From contig NC_057718.1 in assembly GCF_004010195.1 (NCBI RefSeq), positions 39,662,635 to 39,726,634 on the forward strand: a stretch of 64,000 nucleotides of DNA, in the 5' to 3' direction. This document shows, in pieces, positions 49,016-62,767 of this stretch. Numbering within the stretch: the stretch's first letter is position 1; each line of letters begins with the position of its first letter. A program made the position numbers and the translations under genes. Under the pieces are notes generated by a model, which did not search any database, was not told the origin of the DNA, and saw only the letters and a program-made list of their open reading frames with translations. The DNA is from Chiloscyllium plagiosum. Taxonomy: Eukaryota.

Positions 49016-51717
49016 CTCACTCTCAGCGGAGCAGGTAAGGGCTGTTTGGCAGTGGCTGCTTGAAGGCTCGGTGACGTTTGTTTAACGGTTTAAATTTGAT
49101 AGTTTTTTTTTTAATAAAAGCGTGGAGCGGACCCGGAAGCTGGTGTAGCGCAAGCTTACCTGGGTAGGTTTTTTTCCCTATAAAAGCGCGCAGGAGAGTA
49201 GAACAGGGACAGGATTGGCTGTTGCAGGTTCCAGGGTTTAAATGTTTTAGTAGAATCAGAGGTGGGGGTAAAAGAGGGGGAGGTGTGGCATTGCTTGTCA
49301 AAGATAGGATTACAGCGGTGGAAAGGACGATGGACGAAGACTCGCCATCTGAGGTAGTTTGGGCTGAGGTTAGGAATAAGAAAGGTGAGGTCACCCTGTT
49401 AGGAGTTTTCTACAGGCCTCCTAATAGTCCTAGAGACGTATAAGAAAGGATTGCGGGGATGATTCAGGAGAAGAGTGAAAGTAATAGGGTGGTTGTTATG
49501 GGGGACTTTAACTTTCCAGATATTGACTGTGAAAGCTATAGCTTGAGTTCGTTAGATGGGTTGGCGTTTGTTCAATGTGTGCAGGAGGGTTTCCTGACAC
49601 AATATGTAGACAGGCCAACAAGAGGTGAGGCCATACTGGATTTGGTTCTGGGTAACGAACCAGGCCAGGTGTTAGAATTGGAGGTAGGTGAGCACTTTGG
49701 GGACAGTGACCACAATTCGGTGACTTTTACTCTAGTGATGGAGAGGGATAAGTGTGCACTGCAGGGCAAGAGTTACAGCTGGGGGCAGGGAAATTATGAT
49801 GCGGTGAGGCACGACTTAGGATGCGTGGCTTGGAAAAGTAGACTTCAAGGTAAGGGCGCAATTGATATGTGGAGCTTGTTCAAGGAGCAACTATTGAGTG
49901 TCCTTGATAAGTATGTACCTGTCAGGCAGGGAGGAAAGGGTCGTGTGAGCGAGCCCTGGTTTAATAAGGAATTGGAATCCCTTGTTAAAGGGAAGAGGGC
50001 GGCCTATGTAAAGATGAGGCGCGAAGGTTCAATTGGGGCGATTGAAAGTTATAAGGTAGCCAGGAAGGATCTGAAGAGAGAGCTAAGAGCAGCAAGGAGG
50101 GGACATGAAAAGTCCTTAGTTGGTAGGATTAGGGAAAACCCAAAGGCTTTCTATAGGTATGTCAGGAATAAAAGAATGACTAAGGTAGGAATAGGTCCAG
50201 TCAAGGATAGTAGTGGGAAGTTGCATGTGGAGGCTGAAGAGATTGGGGAGACACTGAATGAATACTTTTCATCAGTATTCAATCAGGAACAGGACATTAT
50301 TGTCAATGTGAATACTGAGTCACAATTAAGTAGAATGAATGGCTTTGAGGTATGTAGAGAAGAGGTGTCGGAAATTCTGGAAAGGGTGAAAATAGAAAAG
50401 TCCCCTGGGCCTGATGGCATTTACCCTAGGATTCTCTGGGAAGCAAGGGAGGAGATTGCAGAACCATTGGCCTTGATTTTTATGTCCTCATTGTCNNNNN
50501 NNNNNNNNNNNNNNNNNNNNNNNNNNNNNNNNNNNNNNNNNNNNNNNNNNNNNNNNNNNNNNNNNNNNNNNNNNNNNNNNNNNNNNNNNNNNNNNNNNNN
50601 NNNNNNNNNNNNNNNNNNNNNNNNNNNNNNNNNNNNNNNNNNNNNNNNNNNNNNNNNNNNNNNNNNNNNNNNNNNNNNNNNNNNNNNNNNNNNNNNNNNN
50701 NNNNNNNNNNNNNNNNNNNNNNNNNNNNNNNNNNNNNNNNNNNNNNNNNNNNNNNNNNNNNNNNNNNNNNNNNNNNNNNNNNNNNNNNNNNNNNNNNNNN
50801 NNNNNNNNNNNNNNNNNNNNNNNNNNNNNNNNNNNNNNNNNNNNNNNNNNNNNNNNNNNNNNNNNNNNNNNNNNNNNNNNNNNNNNNNNNNNNNNNNNNN
50901 NNNNNNNNNNNNNNNNNNNNNNNNNNNNNNNNNNNNNNNNNNNNNNNNNNNNNNNNNNNNNNNNNNNNNNNNNNNNNNNNNNNNNNNNNNNNNNNNNNNN
51001 NNNNNNNNNNNNNNNNNNNNNNNNNNNNNNNNNNNNNNNNNNNNNNNNNNNNNNNNNNNNNNNNNNNNNNNNNNNNNNNNNNNNNNNNNNNNNNNNNNNN
51101 NNNNNNNNNNGACCCAAAGGCACAGCCTTAGACTAAAGGGAAGACCTTTTAGAATGGAGATAAGGAGAAATGTTGCAGTTGTAAAGGACTCTGGTGCGGC
51201 CGCATCTGGAATATTGTGTGCAGTTTTGGTCGCCATACTATAGGAAGGATGTGGTGGCACTGGAACGGGTGCAGAGGAGGTTTACCAGGATGTTGCCTGG
51301 TATGGTAGGAAGATCGTATGAGGAAAGGTTGAGGCACTTGGGGTTGTTTTCATTGGAGAAAAGAAGGTTTGGGGTGACTTGATAGAGGTGTACAAGGTGA
51401 TTAGGGGTTTAGATAGGGTTGACCATGAGAGCCTTTTTCCACGTATGGAGTCAGCTATTACGAGGGGGCATAGCTTTAAATTAAGGGGTGGTAGGTATAG
51501 GACAGATGTTAGGGGTAGATTCTTTACTCAGCGAGTCGTGAGTTCATGGAAAGCCCTGCCAGTAGCAGTGGTGGACTCTCCCTCTTTATGGGCATTTAAA
51601 CGGGCATTGGATAGGCATATGGAGGATAGTGGGCTAGTGTCGGTTAGGTGGGCTTGGATCGGTGCAACATCGAGGGCCAAAGGGCCTGTACTGTGTTGTA
51701 TTTGTCTATGTTCTATG
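49016..51717 (+). mobile_element. Young CR1 LINE inserted into the PLE RT (spans the assembly gap)
   Basis: Endonuclease motifs RGGGVALLV, YRPPN, MGDFN, LDLVL and SDHN, and KSPGPDG, nearly open from 49222 to 50495 (one stop at 49441). 3' RT end and (ttctatg)-type tail at about 51700-51717. Confidence 0.9.
50496..51110. other. Assembly gap (615 N)
   Basis: Run of n characters. Confidence 1.
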
Positions 51718-54700
51718 TACCCTTCCACCGACACTCTAATTCGTTTGGCTGAACTGGTCCTCACCCTCAATAATTTCTCCCTTGTATTCTCCCACTTCTT
51801 CCAGAGGAGAGGGGTAGCTATGGGCACCTGCATGGGCCCCAGCTATGCCTGTCTCTTTGTCAGCTAGATGGAACAGTCTATCTTCTGTAGTTACACCAGC
51901 ACCATTTCCTCCGTTACATTGATGACTGCATCACCACATGACTGCATCGTGCTCCCACGCGGAGGTTAAACAGTTCATCAACTTCACCAATACATTCCAT
52001 CCTAACCTTAAATTCACCTGGACCATCTCAGATACCTCCCTGCCCTTCCTGGACCTCTCCATCTCCATCAACAGTGACCGACTCAACACGGGCATCTTCT
52101 ACAAACCCACTGACTCCCACAGATACCTGGATTACACCTCCTCCCATCCTGCCTCCTGTAAAAATGCTCTCTCTTATTCCCAATTCCTCCACCACCACCG
52201 CATCTGCTCCCAGGAGGACCAGTTTCACCACAGAACACACCAGGTGGCCCCCTTTTTTAAAGACTGCAATTTCCCCTCCAGTGCATCTCATTTCCTGCAC
52301 CTCCGCCCTCAAACCCCACCCCTCCAGAATCTCCCAGTCCTCATTTCCACCCCACCAATCTCCGTATACCTCCCATCATCCTCTGTCATTTTCACCACCT
52401 ACAAATGGACCCCACCACCAGAGATATATTGCCCTCTCCACCCCTATCCGCTTTCCGTAAAGACCATTCCCTTTGTGACTACTTCATCAGGTCTACGCCC
52501 CCCAACAACCCACCCTCTCCTCCCAGCACCTTCCTCTGCCACTGCAGGAATTGTAAACCCTGTGCCGACACCTCCCCCCTCATCTCTGTCCAAGGCCCAA
52601 AAGGTGCCTTCCACATCCATCAAAGTTTCACCTGAACTTCCACACGCCATTTATTATAACCGTTGCTCCCGATGCGGTCTCCTCTACATTGGGGAGACAG
52701 GACACCTACTCGCAAAGCACTTCAGAGAACAACTCCGGGACATCCGCAGCAATTAACCTCACCACTCCGTGGTCAAACTCCCCCTCCCACTCTGCCGAGG
52801 ACATGCAGGTCCTGGGCCTCCTCCATCGCCACTCCTTCACCACCCAACGCCTGGAGGAAGAACGCCTCATTTTCCGCCTTGGGACCCTCCAACCCCAGGG
52901 CATCAATGTGGATTTCACAAGTTTCCTCATTTCCTCTCTCCACACTTTTATCCCCAGTTCCAACCTTCCACCTCAGCACTGCCCTCATGACCTGTCCATC
53001 TTCCTTCCCACCTATCTGCTCCACCCTCCCTTTGACCTATCACCTTCACCCACACCTTCATTCACCTACTGCACTCTCAGCTACTTCTTGCCAGCCCCAA
53101 CCCCCTCCCATTTATCTCTCCACCCCCGAGGCTCCCAGTCTCATTCCTGATGAAGAGTTTTTGCCAAAACGTCGATTTTCTTGCTCCTCTGATGCTGCCT
53201 GACCAGCTGTGCTTTTCCAGCACCACACTCTCGACTCTAATCTCCAGCATCTGCAGTACTTACATTCGCCTAGCAATAGTAGGCAGGCTAAGTCTGGCTT
53301 ACTCAGTAATTTACAGGCTAAACTTTATATTCCAGTGTAATCAAAGTTTATGGGGGAAAACGCAGGAAAGTGGAGTTGAGGTTTTTCAGATCAGCTGAGA
53401 ATTCACTGAATGGCAGAGCAGATTCAAAGGGCTGAACAGTCTACATCTGCTCCTACATTTTACCAGCATATAGCTTCTGCTTTTTGAGAACAAAACATAC
53501 TATTTTATGGGATGTAGGCATTGCTGGCAAAGTCAGCATTTGTTGCTTGTCCCTAAATGCCCTTGAACTAACTGACTTGCTAGATGTTTTCAGAGGGCAG
53601 TTAATTCATATTCCTGGTGACCGAAGGTCAATGCTGTCGATCTAGGATTTAATCTGTGCCAGGCTTAGTGAATACAGCAAATTTTCTTCCCTAAGTGATA
53701 TAAGTGAACCAGACTGGTTTTTATGGCAACTGTCACTAGTTTCACAGTCACCATCATGGAGACAACTTTTCAGTTCCTGATGTATTCATTGAATTTACCA
53801 GCTGTCACAGTAAAACCTGAAGCTGTGTCCCCAGAATATTAGTCTCTGGGCTGCCAATCAATTGACATTACACTAATCCACCATCTCCACCACACTGTCG
53901 TAGATTGTAGGCCACTCATCCACAGGTGGGAAGAAAATATTGCCACTGCCTATATGAGTGGCCTATTTCAGCACACTATGCACCCAGATATTTACACACC
54001 AAAACTAACCAAGCTGTTGTAAAACAGCTTGAATAGTGACACTGAACAGAAACAGATGTCACTTCAGAATTTGAAAACTGTCCTGTTGGTGCTAGAAATC
54101 TGAAATAGAAACAGAAAATGCTTAAATACTTAGGCAACATTTGTAGAGGGACAACAGAGCCATCTTCAGAATGGTCTTGGTTCTCTAGTTGCACACAGGG
54201 AGACAGGCATTAACTGCAGTGGTAGAGCTATATTGCCAAAATAGGGCCACCTCTCAGAATTTACTTCTATTATTGGTTCCACCAGTTGATTTAAGACCTA
54301 ACAATTTTGTCAATCAAAATGAATTTAAAAAATATATGACCTGAATAGAACAAAACATACAACACCTCAAAACATTTACTGACTGCACGTACCAATGTAG
54401 CTTTTAGTCCTTTCTGTTCTGTCACTACCCTTCATAACTCGGATGAAACAACTGGCAGTAGTGTTTCATGTTTAAAGTCAACTGCTTTACCTCATTCAGG
54501 ACAGAGGTTACACACCCTCCCACTTGTCCTGCAGCAGTATTAACAATCTTCTAAAAAATTGTCCAAATTCTCACAATGTAGTATTGTTTAAAATTCTTGT
54601 TTTTAATTAATTTCATCAGCACTGAAAACTTCGCTACCTTTTCTGCCAAATTTGTTTTGACAGTGCTACTTACCTTCTGAAATTCTTGATTAGCCCTTAA

Positions 54701-54950
54701 ATGTCATTAGTAATATCTGTTGTGTTAATGTTTTTCTTCCATTATTTAGTACTTTTATGAATGGTACTTGCTGAATGTGGAATCAATTCATGGCTCAAGA
54801 TTTCAGTTCCAAAACTCCAAAACCAAGACACAAATATAAGAAAATTGGTCTCACATGACCAGAAGAATAACTGAGCAGCATGCACTCAAAATTAAAAGTG
54901 ATGATTTACAAATATTTCTTTGCTCATTGACACCTCCAAACCTACTACTA

Positions 54951-55043
54951 CCCAGGTATATCATAGCATATTACCACCAGGTATATCACAGCATATTACG
55001 ATCCAGGTATATCACAATATATTACCACCCAGGTATACCATAG
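54951..55043 (+). repeat. Minisatellite, about 26-nt unit, about 3.5 copies
   Basis: Repeated ccaggtatatcayarcatattac(c/g)a. Confidence 0.85.
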
Positions 55044-55934
55044 TACACCAAACAATAGATAAACACTAGCAATGGCAAAGAATCATATGGTTTGAGACTA
55101 AATAAAATGCTTTTTCCCTGATTCACTGAAAGTAGAATTTTGGATCCACTGAAGACAGAAGTTTATGGTATAGGAAGTAGTTATTTCGCATGTTATGTCT
55201 ATGGTTCGACTCAAAGTGGAGTTACTCAGTCCCATTCCCCTGGTAATGGCTGCCTCATAATTGTCTAGATTTTCTTCTTCAAATTTTTTTTTAAGATTCC
55301 CTACAAGTCCACAGAGCAACCCAACCAAACCCATTCCCCTACATTTAGACCTGCACCTAACACTATGGACAATTTATCAAGGCCAATTCACCTAAAATGC
55401 ACATCTATTTATTGATTTTCCTTTTTAAAATGATTGTAGATTCTGCTTTCACCACCATCTCTGGATTTTCCATGTTAGGATTCTCATTCCACATGTCATC
55501 TGAAATGAATGTTTTCTTAATCATCTTAATGGCCTGGACACCCTCCCTAAAGTATGGCATATAAAACTAAACAATTCAAACATTGTTTACTCTAAGTTCG
55601 AAGGAGCAAAAAAAAACCCCAGAAAATTGTGTTAACATTATATATGCTTCCAGGGTTTCTCTGGTTTTTCTTCTAAAGATATGACAAGCGGGTGAGAAAA
55701 TACCAGTGGAAATTCACGGCCAGTTGGAGCAAGTGATGTAATAACTCTTGAAACTTTAGCGTTACCACTGTTTTTACTTGATTCTCCTATTCACAAAATT
55801 CAGGATTCCACATTGTATTTAAAAAAACAGAAAAAGACAGCACAATATTTAGTGTTTCTCTTTTATCAACTCACTGCTACTTTCATTAAAGTGAACTCCA
55901 AATATTTGTTAAGCATAATGAGACTTTTTGAATT

Positions 55935-56705
55935 GTGAGAAGGAATAAAAAGCCTTTAAGGTGATTTAGACAAGTTGAATTATTAGACATTTTTGGCCGA
56001 TGCTGTGCAATGTGGATAAGTGTGAAGATATCCACTTCAGTCGGAAGAACGGCAGAGTATTTTATTTCATTTTACAATACAACTATGGAAACCATGGCGA
56101 TAGATTGGGAAATGTTGATGTAAAACAGGACTTGGGTGTGTTTATACATCAATCATTGGAAGCAAGGAATAAGTACAAGCAGTTAGAAAAGCAAATGGTA
56201 TGTTGGGCTTCATTATGAGAGGGCTTAAGTAGGGAAGCAAGAATGTCTTGCTGCAGCTGTGTGGGGCCTTGGTGAAATGACATCTAGCATATTATGTGCA
56301 GTTTTGGTCTCCTTAGCTAAGAAATTATATACTTGTCCATAAAAGGAATACAAGGAAGGTTCATGAGACAGTTTTATGAGAATGATTGTTTTGTTGTACA
56401 AGGAGAGATTTGTCAACTAGGCCTACCTATATTCCCAGGGTTTAGAAAACTTAGTAAGGATCCTCGTTAAAAGGTTCTGACAGGGCTGGACAGACTGGAT
56501 GCGGTGATGATGGTCCCTTGTTCTTGTTTGGGGTGTGGGTTGTTTGTGAAGAGACAATGGTAGACCATTTATTTCTAAATTGCTTTACTCAGAGGGTGGA
56601 GAATCTGTGGAATTCTTTACCATACATTGAAGTCACTGAATATATTTAACAAAAAAAAATGGAATTTCTTGCCATGAATAGTATCAAGGGTTATGGGGAA
56701 AGAGG
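55935..56705 (+). mobile_element. Old CR1 3' fragment
   Basis: NVDKCEDIHF and YYVQFWSP-like remnants; CR1 3' motif 'ctttactcagagggtggagaatctgtggaattc'. Confidence 0.65.
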
Positions 56706-59700
56706 ATATTTGTGGTAACCTGCTGGATGTGCTCACTCAGCTTCATTACCTCTTCTGTCTGCTGATTCCTCTTTAAACAAATCAGATGGCAATTCACCTA
56801 GCTTGTTTTTTTCTCAGTATCACAAACCTTTTGAATCGCACCATGTTGTTACAAATTCATTACGTGAGCAAACATGGATAGGAATATTACTTTCCCCCTT
56901 TACACCCCAGCTTACAAATGAAAAGAATAGAAAATTGTCCTTTCATTTTGCAATATGATTATGAAAACCAGAGTCTTCAGATTTATAAGGAGTTGACACA
57001 AGCAGCATTTAAATATTTAGTGAGTAGAGAAACTGAGAATCAAGTCTGCTTCATGGAACAAGTATTTCAGGTATTTTCAATCATAGTGCTTCTAATTGAA
57101 TATGGAAATAGTTTGCTCTTGACTACATTTCAATTACCTGCAAAGACAAAAGCAAGATGCATTTCCACTTATTTCATCAACCTTCATTCTTTTCAAAAAC
57201 CACTCTTTCTAATTTTTAAATTTTTACTCATCTTGTGCATTCCCACAATTGTCTCATTCAGTTAAATGCCCCTTGCTTTTTCTCAACAGTACGGCACTTC
57301 ACTCTCATTTGCTTTTGATGAATCCAAAGCTGCTGCACCTCATTATAGCTTTTCATGAGCTCCTGCATCACTGCTACTCATCATCTGTTTTAAGAAACAA
57401 AACACAAGGGTATTCAAGAAGGGGGCAGTCTGAACAGTCTGCTGTGTTGGGCTCTGTGCCATGCCCCACCCACCACCACCATCACCACCCTCCCTCCCCT
57501 CCCAGCCATCCCTAAGGAAAATTTATAATGTAAAGTAGGTAGAAGACCTAGAGTCCTTTTAAATTAAGGTTTGACAGATTTGGAGCTGAAATGAAGACAT
57601 CTAAGGGAAAGGGAGCAAAGGCAGCACAGCAGGCAGGGCACTCCCCTACTATGTCGGGCACACCCGCAGGCGTTACCTTGACAGCCATGGCTGCGCCCTT
57701 AAGTTCAGTGGAGCAACAGCATTTACTAACTGAGTTCGCCAAACTCCGTGAAACAAAATCGAGGGAGCGCTGGAACCAATTACTGCCATGTTGACAAAGC
57801 ATGAACAAGAGATCCGGGCTTTGGAACAGCACGTAGAAGCAGTGGAACACAGGACCGTGGCCTCAGAGGCCGCGACAGAGAGCTCCGAGGGGCGGATCCG
57901 AACCTTGGAAGGCCGGGTTTGGGGCCTGCAGGAACAAGTAAACATCCTCAAAAATTGCGGTCGGAGAGAAAAAAAAAATCTACGGATCTTGGCCTTACTG
58001 GAGCATGAAGGAGGTGAAAACCTTGCTGATTTTCTCGAGAGGTGGCTTCCTGAGTTGCTGGGACTGGAAATCGAGTCGGGGGCCGGGTGAATGTGGAGCA
58101 GGCCCACCGGATCGCAATGCGCAGGTCCGGTCCAGTCCAGCGCCCCTGCCCAGTCCTAGTGTGACTCCAGCATTACAAAGAAAAGCATTTAATAATAGAA
58201 ACAGCCAGAAGACTGGGAGGAGATCCAAGGCTTTGGCTTATGAAGGTTCAGAGATAATGTATTTTCATGACTTTTCTGGGGCCATAATTAAGAAAAAAAA
58301 AGACCTTTGATAATGTAAAGAAAAAAATTAAGAGATTTAAACATTCAACATTCTCTGGCAGTACTATGTTTCAATTATGGGGGAGCTTCGACTCAGTGGA
58401 AAAAGTAAAAGGATTTTTGAACTTGCTGAAAAGATAGACTTTGGGCGAGGGGGAAGGAGGAAAAGATGCGTGCGGACAATAGCATAATTTTTTAAAAATC
58501 TTCTCTGTCCTTGTTCTTTTGCCTTTTGGGTTCTCAGGCTTTATAGGCTTGGTATTGCTCTGGTGTAAAATCCGGTATGTTTTATATTATATTTGTTTGG
58601 TGATTATTATTTATTCTATTGTTCAGTTTTGCTGATGAGGAGTGGTTACTCCTTTGATGTAAAGATGTGTGGGGCTGAGATGTTGAGGGGGAGGGGTGGG
58701 GGTCCATTGTTAACTTGTCAGAGTCTAAATAATTTTTTTTTTCATTGCTTGGGCTTGGGGCATGGCCTTAACTGAAAGGTGCTTGGATGGTTGTGAGGTT
58801 GGGAGTGAATGCTCCCGATGGGCAAGGAGGAATAAAAAAAATCACTGGAGATTTGTGTATTTTGTATTAATTTGTTCAAGTTAGGAGTAGAGTTTTTTTT
58901 TTAATTTTAGTAGTTTTGGTAGGGTTTGTAGGAATAGTCTTTAGATTTGATCAAGTCTGTTTTTTCTTCACTCATCGCACATTGAATGGGCTTCTTCCTT
59001 TTGGAGGACTGCGGGTTGTAGTGTGCAGTCATGGCTAGTGATCTGTTCAGGTGATGCATGTGGAATATAAAGGGTAGCCATTCCCCCATTAAAAAGGAAA
59101 AGGTGCTCTCAAATCTTAGGAAGAAAAGGGTTGACATTGTGCTGTTGCAAGTGACACATTTGACTGATAGGGAATATTTGAAGTTGCAGCAGGGGGTACA
59201 ATAGGGTGTTCTTTTCCTCCTTTAACTCCAAAAGCAGAGGAGTGGCCATATTGGTACGAAAGAACCTCCCATTTCAAGTGACAGATCAAATCAAGGATGA
59301 GTATGGACAGTTTGTCAGTCTCAAGGCAGTGAAGAGTATGGCATCCTGAACGTTGACTGTCCCCCAGTGCAATTTTTAGCTGATGCAGTCTCTAAATTAG
59401 TGGCTCTTGGGGTGCGCCGTACGATTATAAGAGGAGACTTTAATTGTCTCACGGACCCCTGGGGTAGACAGAATGCCAAGAGGGTTGTCGGATGCACCTC
59501 GGCAATCTAGACAATTACTGGAGTTGTGTGAGGAGTTGGGGCTAGTGAATGTGTGGAGGTGCCTCCACCCGAATGGGAGGGACTTTACCTTTTACTCCAA
59601 CCTGCACAAGTTCCACACAAGAAATTGATATGTTCTTTGTTCCAGGTCGGTTTGTTTGGACTTGGTGTTGGCCTGCAGAATTGGGAGCATAACTACTTTG

Positions 59701-60080
59701 GACCATGAGGCAGTATATTTAGATATTAAGAGCAAAGGTAGTGGAGTAGGCATGCGGCACTGGCGCATGGATCCATTTCTGTGAATGATGGCAACTTTGT
59801 ACAGAATATCACAAGGGAGTTCAAGGCTTAGAAACCTGGCTTAGCTGGTTAGGAAGAAAAGTGCTCCACAGTCCATTGTGTCTACCAGGGAGAGAACTGG
59901 CAATGTCACTCGTGAGCTGAGGAAGATCAATACCAGATTCCAGGAGTTCTATGCAGAGTTATACCAATCGGAGTGCTTTGGGGATGGAGAATTGAGAATG
60001 GAATCCTTTTTTCAAAACTTGGACCTCCCCGGTTTAAATGCAGATCAGGCCTCCCTTTTAAATGCACTCTGACAAGTACA

Positions 60081-60403
60081 GGGGCGACACGGTGGCACAG
60101 TGGTTAGCACTGTTGCCTCACAGCGCCAGAGACCCGGGTTCAATTCCTGCCTCAGGCGACTGGCTGTGTGGAGTTTGCACGTTCTCCCCATGTTTGCGTG
60201 GGTTTCCTCCGGGTGCTCCGGTTTCCTCCCACAGTCCAAAGATGTGCAGGTCAGATGAATTGGCCATGCTAATCTGCCCGTAGTGTTAGGTAAGGGGTAA
60301 ATGTAGGGGTATGGGTGGGTTGCGCTTCGGCTGGTCGGTGTGGACTTGTTGGGCCAAAGGGCCTGTTTCCACACTGTAATGTAATGTAATCTAATCTAAT
60401 CTA
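60081..60403 (+). mobile_element. Full-length HE1-type tRNA-derived SINE nested in L1 ORF2
   Basis: A box TGGCACAGTGG (60093), B box GGTTCAATTCC (60137), CR1-like 3' tail and (taatg/taatc)n end. Confidence 0.9.
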
Positions 60404-62767
60404 AAAAAAAGAAGGTACAAGAGAGGCGTTAAGGCAGCTTCAAGGTGGTAAGGCACCCGGTCCCGACGGGTTCCCGAGTGAATTTTACAAGAAGTTCATA
60501 CACATGTTAGCTGACCCACTGCTGGAGATATTTAGTCATTCGTATAACCAGGACTGCCTTCCACCCTTTATTAGTGAGGCTAATATCTCCCTTATCTTAA
60601 AGGAAGGGAAAGACCCTGAGGATTGTGCATCGTATAGGCCAATCTCATAGTTGAATGTGGGTTTTAAAATTGTATCAAGGTGTTGGCTCTGAGGTTGGAG
60701 AAAGTGCTGCCTGTTATTATAAAAGAGGACAAGAAGGGTTTCAGCAAGGCTGCAGTTCATTCAACAATATCAGACGGGTATTGAATACGGTACAAATATA
60801 TCAGTCGGGAATGATTCTGTGTTTGGTGGTCTCCCTGAATGCAGAAAAGGCTTTTGATAGGGTGGAATGGTCATATCTCTTTGCTGTTCTAGATAGTTTT
60901 GGTCTGGGAGGGGTCTTCGCCAGGTGGGTGGCAGTGTTATATAAAGACCCCAAAACGGATGTTATCACAAATGGGGTTAAATCGAGCAATTTTGGTGTGG
61001 GGAGGGGCAGCCGACAGGGACGTCCCTTGTCACTGCTGTTGTTCACCTTGGTACTTGAACCACTGGCGGAGGCTATCCAAAAGGACCCTGAAATAATGGC
61101 ACAAAGGTGAGAGTTGGGGAACACAAAATCATTCTCAATGCAGATGATGTCCTTCTGTTTTTGGCTAACCTTAAAAAAGTCCATACTCCGGCTAATACAA
61201 AGAATTAAATTATTCAGCAGCTTTTCAGGATATAGGATAAATTTCACAAAATCGAAAGTCATGCCCGTGGAGGAATTGGTGGAAGTACTGAAGCTGGAGG
61301 ACAGAATGGAGTTTCCTTTTAGATGGTCACAGAAAGGGTTTCTCCGTCTGGGAACTTTTATTACCCCTTACTTCTGGCAGCTGTATGGAACTAACTTTGT
61401 GCAGTTGTTCGAGAGAACAAAACAGGACTTGCAGCGATGGGAGGGACTACCCATATCATGGCTAGGCCGTATAGCCTTCATTAAAATGAATGTTCTTCCT
61501 TGGTTGTTATATCCTATGAGGATGCTCCCGTTGCTATTACACAAACAGGTGCTGCAGATGTTTGCAAGATGGTTTGGATCATTTATTTGGTGCCGTAAGC
61601 ACCCCTTGATTAAATTTCCCAAGTTGCAACTTCCACAGGATATTGGGGGGGGGGGGGGGGGGTTTGGCAGTAGACCTCTCAGATCTGAAAAATTACCAAA
61701 TAGGCACCCAGTTGTCATATGTAGGCAAATGGGTGCACGATGACTCGAAGTCAATATGGCTTAGTGTAGAGGCCTCACAGGCGAGATGTCCCCTCACAAA
61801 CTTACTGTTCATGGATAAATTGAGATCTGTAGGGGAGTCAGATAATCAGAAACATAGTAAAAGCATGGAGGATAATGTGGCAGGGTGAGGGCAATTTGCT
61901 TAAGACTTCGCTGTCACCCCGTTAGTGGGAGCCCCAGGATTAAGATTGGGGTCAATGGACTCTGGCTTTAGAGCATGGGAGGGTAAAGGAATCTCCTGTC
62001 TGGCAGATTTATTTGAGGGAGAGGTCTTGAAGTCTTTCAGCCAATTAGGTCAGAAATACGGAATCCCTAATAGGGACGTTTTCCAGTATTTCCAGGTTAG
62101 GGATTACATACAGAAGACGGCCACGCTGTTGGCCCAGCCCTACAAGTATATAGAACGAAGAGTGCTCTAAAGTGAGGACGCTCTCAGTTAGTACCATATA
62201 TCTACTGCAGAGAGAGAATGCCTTGGGGGATATGGAGAGACTCCATGAGATTTGGAATCAGGAGTTAGGGGAAGAAATCTCATTGGAAACATGGGAGGAC
62301 ATATGGGGGAAATGTAAAGAAAATTTCACTATGCAATAAGGCACAAGCGATGCAATTGAAGATCCTCCACAGGGCCCATATGGCACCAGAGAGACTAGCA
62401 AAGTTTAAGAAAGGACCTTCCCCGAAATATCCCAAATGTAAAAACAGTATTGGCACCCTTACACATTGCTTTTGGTCCTGTTACAAGATTTACGGATACT
62501 GGGAGGGCCATAGTGAATGAACTGGAGATGATCCTGGGAATGGAAGTTAGAGAGGATCCAGTGTCCCTCATTTTGGAACTACTGAATCTTCCCTCTTTGG
62601 GTGAGCACAGGAAGAGGTTATTCAATATCCTTACACACTGTGCGAGGAAGAACATCACAATGAATTGGATATCAGAAAAGCTTCCAGGGTCTTGCAGGAT
62701 GGAGCATGTTCCCTCAAGATTACCTGACAAGTATGGTGTGCCACAGAATGGAGCAATTTTATAAGAC

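Larger units (their letters stand above)
46427..53269. mobile_element. Penelope-like element (family B) as an inverted partial dimer: minus copy about 46427-48270, plus copy about 48270-49015 and 51718-53269
   Basis: PLE RT motifs (GVAMGT/IRMG.SYACLF, RYIDD, HP.LKF.W, YKPT) and GIY-YIG (VIYYIRCSRCGLLY.GET) on both strands; terminal repeats at both outer ends; degenerate TSD 46411-46426 versus 53270-53286. Confidence 0.87.

Noticed and set aside
51111..51170. Out-of-order CR1 3' piece directly after the gap
   Set aside because: It is adjacent to the gap and could be misassembly; it cannot be interpreted.
49459..51260. Long ORFs of 594, 279 and 211 aa
   Set aside because: They are artefacts of reading through the N gap; only 49459-50495 is real CR1 ORF2.
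54951..55043. CRISPR-like array
   Set aside because: There are no unique spacers and the context is eukaryotic; it is a simple tandem repeat.
60081..60155. tRNA gene
   Set aside because: The A and B boxes belong to the tRNA-derived head of a SINE that continues into the SINE body.
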